A stretch of DNA of 22,458 nt from a bacterium (GTDB lineage Bacteria; Acidobacteriota; Blastocatellia; HR10), in contig JBEPZV010000038.1 of assembly GCA_041640655.1 (NCBI GenBank), positions 1 to 22,458 of the forward strand. Reading direction: 5' to 3'. A program made the position numbers and the translations under genes. A model generated the notes under the pieces. It worked only from the letters and a program-made list of their open reading frames with translations. It was not told where the DNA came from and searched no databases. Below, in pieces: positions 18,192 through 22,458 of the stretch (the stretch's first letter is position 1; each line of letters opens with the position of its first letter).

Positions 18192-18494
18192 TCTCCTGAA
18201 GTGAGTCTGAGCTTCCACGAACGCCGACTTCCCAGGTGGAATTCTCTGCAGAGACGATCCCCGACACCAACCTGAGGCGGACCTGCGGGTCCCGTCAAAT
18301 CTCTCCTCGGAGGTTCCGCGAGGAGGCACCGGACGTCAGCAGAGAAAGTATTCGCGCTTTCAGAGCGGGCATCTTTCGCGCGGAGGGCGACTCAGAGTTT
18401 CCTTGGGGCGCTGGCTCCTGCCAGTTCCTGATCAGGTGGGGAGTCATGGCTCCTTCGTGATCTTGAGGAGCTTCCGGCAGCGCCGTACAGGAGA
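18192..18494 (+). ncRNA. Candidate ~300-nt structured non-coding RNA of unassigned family
   Basis: Nested long-range complementarity closing the whole segment plus several internal hairpins (see findings); G-U pairs favour the + strand; no credible ORF. Confidence 0.55.
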
Positions 18495-18550
18495 GATGCA
18501 TTGTGCTCTCGCGGTCTCCGGCGTGTTCGCATTGCCTCCGCGGCGGTGTT

Positions 18551-19441
18551 TTATTGCTCCGCGCTGGGGACGATGAGCACGGGACAAGGGGCGTGGCGAG
18601 TGACGCGCACGGTCGTCGTGCCGATCACCGTGGCATCGAAGAAGCGTTTGTGCTGAGCCCCGAGGACGATGAGGTCGCTCTCCAGCTCGCGGGCCGCTTC
18701 GATGATCTGCTCAGCGGCGTCCCCGCGTCGGATCATTTCTTTCACCTGACAGTGGAGGCGCACGTCCTCCGGCACCCATTCGCACAGATGAGCGAGCGCC
18801 TCGCGCTCGGTGGTCTTCCGAACTTCGGCTTCCAGGACATGTACGACCACGAGTTCGGCTTCGAAGCACTGGGCGACGGCGACCGCATGCCGCAGGGCTT
18901 TCATGGCGATCGGGGTATAATTCACCGGGCAGAGCAAGCGTCGGATCGAGACGTGCGGCTCTGGCGCACCGTCGGGCTTGTATCGGATGGTCAAGACGGG
19001 GCGATCGCTCTCCCGAAGGACGCGTTCGGTGACGGAACCGAGCATCATACGGCTCAACCCGCTGCGTCCGTGCGTGCCCATGACGATGAGGTCAGCCCGG
19101 CGCTCTCTCGCTGTGGTGAGGATGGCTCGCGCGGGCGTGTCTTCCACGAGCTGCGTCTCGGTGGGGACCGATTCGCCGACGATGTTCTGAACGTACTCAG
19201 CCAGATGGCGCCGCGTCGCCGCTTTGGCGCGCTCCAGGGCCTGGAGCAGCTCCTCGACTTGCCCCAAAGTGAAATGCGGAGGGGGGAGGAATGGATCGGC
19301 GTACATCACGAGGAGCCGCGCGTTCGAACAGCGCGCCAGCTCCGCCGCGTATCGCAGGGCGACTGTCGCCAGCTCGCTGAAATCCGTAGGGCAAAGGATA
19401 AGCTGTGGGGGGAACGTGATCTTGGATTCTTCGGCCGCCAT
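18551..19441 (-). CDS. Universal stress protein with two tandem USP domains
   Basis: ILCPTDFSE, DLIVMGTHGRSGLSRMMLGSVTERVLR; second domain LLCPVNY, DLIVLGAQHK..GTTTVRVTRHAPCPVLIV; RBS AGGAG. Confidence 0.95.
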   Translation of the reverse strand: MAAEESKITFPPQLILCPTDFSELATVALRYAAELARCSNARLLVMYADPFLPPPHFTLGQVEELLQALERAKAATRRHLAEYVQNIVGESVPTETQLVEDTPARAILTTARERRADLIVMGTHGRSGLSRMMLGSVTERVLRESDRPVLTIRYKPDGAPEPHVSIRRLLCPVNYTPIAMKALRHAVAVAQCFEAELVVVHVLEAEVRKTTEREALAHLCEWVPEDVRLHCQVKEMIRRGDAAEQIIEAARELESDLIVLGAQHKRFFDATVIGTTTVRVTRHAPCPVLIVPSAEQ

Positions 19442-19456
19442 AGGTCGTCTCCTTTC

Positions 19457-22400
19457 TTATTCTCGTTCTCCCGACCATGCGGGCTCTCGCGCCGGTGTGC
19501 GCCATTCGCTCAGGTAATAGAGGACGGGCACGGCCATGCGCGAGAGCAGGAGCGAGGCCACTTCGCCCGCCATGAGCGAGAGGGCGAGCCCTTGAAAGAT
19601 CGGGTCGAAGAGGATCACGGCCGAGCCGACGATGACGGCTGCCGCCGTCAGCATCATCGGGCGGAAGCGCACGGCGCCCGCTTCAATGACGGCTTCGGCC
19701 AAGGGGATCCCCTGTCGTCGTCGCAGCTCGATGAAGTCCACCAGGATGATCGAATTCCGCACGACGATGCCCGCACCCGCGATGAAGCCGATCATGGACG
19801 TCGCCGTGAAGAAGGCTCCCAAGAGGGCGTGCGCGGGCAGGATGCCCACGAGCGAGAAGGGGATGGCGGCCATGATCGTGATCGGCGTCTTGAACGATTG
19901 GAACCATCCGACCACGAGGATATAGATGAGCACGAGCACGGCGGCGAAGGCCAGGCCGAGATCGCGGAAGACCTCGTAGGTGATGTGCCATTCTCCGTCC
20001 CACTTCATGGCGTAGCGATCGGCGAGAAATGGCTGGCGCGCGACATAGCGTTCCAGCTGATACCCCTCGGGCAGGCGCAGCGCATCGAGCGCGCGATTGA
20101 GTTTCAGGATGGCATAGACCGGACTCTCCTCCTCGCCGGCCACGTCGGCCATCACATAGACGACAGGCATCAGATTCTTGTGATGGATGCTCTTATCGGC
20201 CGTGACCTCCTCAACGCGCGCGATCTCGCCCAGCGGGACGAGCCGTCCGGCCGCGCCCATGAGTTTCAGCGAGAGGAGATCGGTGAGGCTCGAGCGTTCC
20301 TCACGGGGGAGTCGGAGCACGATGGGGACGTCTTCTTTCTCCTCAGCCCGATGGAGCAGTCCGATGGGCATCCCTGCCACCGCTAATCGCACCGCGCGCG
20401 TGACCTGTTCGGTCGAGATCCCGTTGAGCTCGGCCTTCGCCTTCTCCACCGTGATGCGATACTTCGGCTGATCATCTTCTACGGACCAATCCACGTCCAC
20501 GACGCCCGGGGTGCGCTCGAAGAGGTCGCGGATCTCTCGGGCGATCTCGATCTGACGCGCGTAATCAGGCCCGTAGACCTCGGCGACGAGCGTTTGCATG
20601 ACGGGGGGGCCCGGAGGGACCTCGGCGATCTTCACGCGCGCCCCGTATCGCGCGGCGATCGCCTGAACGGGCGGGCGCACGCGCCGCGCGATATCGTGGC
20701 TTTGCGCCTGGCGCTCGCCTTTCGGCATGAGGTTCACTTGGATGTCGGCGACATTCGGTCCCCGCCGGAGGAAGTAGTGGCGCACGAGTCCGTTGAAGTT
20801 GTGTGGAGCCGCCGTCCCGATATACATCTGCAGATCGGTCACCTCGGGCACCGTGCGCAGGTATTCGCCGATCTCGCGCGTGACGCGCGCCGTCTGTTCC
20901 AGCGTCGTCCCTTCGGGCATGTCAATGATGACCTGGAACTCGCTCTTGTTGTCGAAGGGGAGCATCTTCACGCGCACGACCTTCGCCGGCAGCAGCGCGA
21001 GCGCGGCCAGCAGCAGCAGCGATACGCCGAGGAGGAATCCCGCGCGCCATCGTCGGTCATGGATGAGCGGTCTCATCGCCCGGCGATAGAGGCGTGTCGT
21101 CCATCCCTCCTCGTGGGTCGCCCGCTCGGCCTCGCGCGGGAGGATGCGCAGGCTCGCCCACGGGGTGACGATGAACGCCACGAGCAAGGAGAAGAGCATG
21201 GCGGCTGATGCCCCTATCGGGATGGGACGCATGTACGGCCCCATCAATCCGCGCACGAAGGCCATCGGGAGGATCGCAGCGATCACCGTGAGCGTCGCCA
21301 GGATCGTCGGATTCCCCACCTCATCCACCGCGCGCACGATGATCTCTCGAAGCGAGCGCCCGCGATTCTCCGGCAACCGATAATGGCGGATGATGTTCTC
21401 GACGACGACGATGGCATCGTCCACCAGAATACCGATCGAGAAGATGAGGGCGAAGAGCGTCACGCGATTGAGTGTGTATCCGGACAGGTAGAACACGGCG
21501 AGCGTGAGCGCGAGCGTCACCGGGATGGCGATGGCGACGATGCCGGCTTCACGCAAGCCGAGCGCCAGCCCGATGAGCAGGGAGACCGAGACGACGGCGA
21601 TCATCATGTGGAAGAGCAGTTCGTTCGATTTTTCAGTCGCCGTCTCGCCGTAGTTGCGCGTGACGGTGATACGCACGTCCTCCGGGATGAGCGTGCCGCG
21701 CAGTGCCGCGACTTTCGCGAGGACGCGGTCTGCGATCTCGATGGCGTTCGTGCCTTTCCGCTTAGCGACGGAGATGGTGACAGCCGGCCAGATCCCTTCG
21801 CTCCTCTCGCCTTCGGTCGCCGCATCGAGCCGATGGCTGAATCGGGCCGCCGGACCCTGTGCGAAGAGCACGTAGTCGGCCGGCTCCTCCGGCCCGTCCA
21901 CAATCTGTGCGACGTCGCGCAAGTACACTGGGCGTTCCTCGAAGACGCCGACGACCACGCGACCCACGTCCTCGGCGCCCTGCAGAAAGCCACCGGTCTC
22001 CACGAGCATCTCGCGGTTTCCCGTGGCGAAGCTCCCAGCGAGCCATTGCCGATTCGCGTGCTCCAGGCGCGCGGCGACGAGCGTGGGGTCCAGGTGATAG
22101 GCCGCCAGACGCGCCGGATCGAGCAGCACGCGCACCTGGCGGCGCTGCCCGCCGATGATCTTCACCTCCGAGACGTCTTCGATCTCCTTGATCTGATCGT
22201 GAAGCTGAGCGGCCAGTCGCCGGAGCGTGAAGTGATCATACCGGTCGCTCCAGAGCGTGAGCGCGAGAATCGGCACATCATCAATTGAGCGCGGCTTGAT
22301 GAGTGGCAGGCTCGCCCCCGGGGGGATGAGATCGAAATTGGCGAACATCTTCTGATTGAGCCGCACGATGCTGCGCTCTTCGTCTTCGCCCACGCGGAAC

Positions 22401-22458
22401 CGAACGATGGCCATGGCGAAGCCGGGGGAGGACGTCGAGTAGATGTACTCGACGCCGG
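19457..22458 (-). CDS. RND efflux transporter permease (AcrB/AcrD/AcrF family), 5' end outside window
   Basis: Frame open to the window edge ([18 protein letters not shown]...); TM4 [37 protein letters not shown]. Confidence 0.95.
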   Translation of the reverse strand, partial: GVEYIYSTSSPGFAMAIVRFRVGEDEERSIVRLNQKMFANFDLIPPGASLPLIKPRSIDDVPILALTLWSDRYDHFTLRRLAAQLHDQIKEIEDVSEVKIIGGQRRQVRVLLDPARLAAYHLDPTLVAARLEHANRQWLAGSFATGNREMLVETGGFLQGAEDVGRVVVGVFEERPVYLRDVAQIVDGPEEPADYVLFAQGPAARFSHRLDAATEGERSEGIWPAVTISVAKRKGTNAIEIADRVLAKVAALRGTLIPEDVRITVTRNYGETATEKSNELLFHMMIAVVSVSLLIGLALGLREAGIVAIAIPVTLALTLAVFYLSGYTLNRVTLFALIFSIGILVDDAIVVVENIIRHYRLPENRGRSLREIIVRAVDEVGNPTILATLTVIAAILPMAFVRGLMGPYMRPIPIGASAAMLFSLLVAFIVTPWASLRILPREAERATHEEGWTTRLYRRAMRPLIHDRRWRAGFLLGVSLLLLAALALLPAKVVRVKMLPFDNKSEFQVIIDMPEGTTLEQTARVTREIGEYLRTVPEVTDLQMYIGTAAPHNFNGLVRHYFLRRGPNVADIQVNLMPKGERQAQSHDIARRVRPPVQAIAARYGARVKIAEVPPGPPVMQTLVAEVYGPDYARQIEIAREIRDLFERTPGVVDVDWSVEDDQPKYRITVEKAKAELNGISTEQVTRAVRLAVAGMPIGLLHRAEEKEDVPIVLRLPREERSSLTDLLSLKLMGAAGRLVPLGEIARVEEVTADKSIHHKNLMPVVYVMADVAGEEESPVYAILKLNRALDALRLPEGYQLERYVARQPFLADRYAMKWDGEWHITYEVFRDLGLAFAAVLVLIYILVVGWFQSFKTPITIMAAIPFSLVGILPAHALLGAFFTATSMIGFIAGAGIVVRNSIILVDFIELRRRQGIPLAEAVIEAGAVRFRPMMLTAAAVIVGSAVILFDPIFQGLALSLMAGEVASLLLSRMAVPVLYYLSEWRTPAREPAWSGERE

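Noticed and set aside
18192..18494. RNase P RNA, tmRNA, SRP RNA or self-splicing intron; short ORFs 18236-18460 and 18295-18501
   Set aside because: Signature sequences not found on either strand; the ORFs lack RBS and protein-like features. A divergent 6S RNA cannot be excluded without a covariance search.
18503..20386. 627-aa plus-strand ORF
   Set aside because: Antisense shadow of the USP and RND genes.
1..22458. CRISPR array, prophage, reverse transcriptase or defence genes
   Set aside because: No regularly spaced direct repeats or matching protein motifs seen.

Overview
GC-rich window from a Gram-negative bacterium, probably a thermophilic Acidobacteriota/Blastocatellia-like organism (inferred from protein style only). 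Left to right: (1) a translationally coupled histidine operon hisD(partial)-hisC-HAD hydrolase-hisB-hisH-hisA-hisF-hisI whose order and motifs look TACK-archaeal rather than bacterial; (2) a tRNA-Ile2(CAT) whose sigma70 promoter overlaps the hisI stop codon; (3) a minus-strand run ribE-ribBA(degenerate GTP cyclohydrolase II domain)-tamB-tamA/bamA-like-SurA-like; (4) a decayed accessory patch: a multiply frameshifted secreted-protein gene, a truncated IS5-family element and a gene fragment; (5) rpsU with a strong promoter, followed immediately by a ~300-nt extensively base-paired non-coding segment that I cannot assign to a known RNA family; (6) a tandem-domain universal stress protein gene and a 5'-truncated RND permease on the minus strand. 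Best leads: the candidate structured RNA at 18192-18494 and the archaeal-type his operon with its embedded HAD phosphatase. No searches or folding programs were run; family resemblances are from recall and pairings were found by eye.
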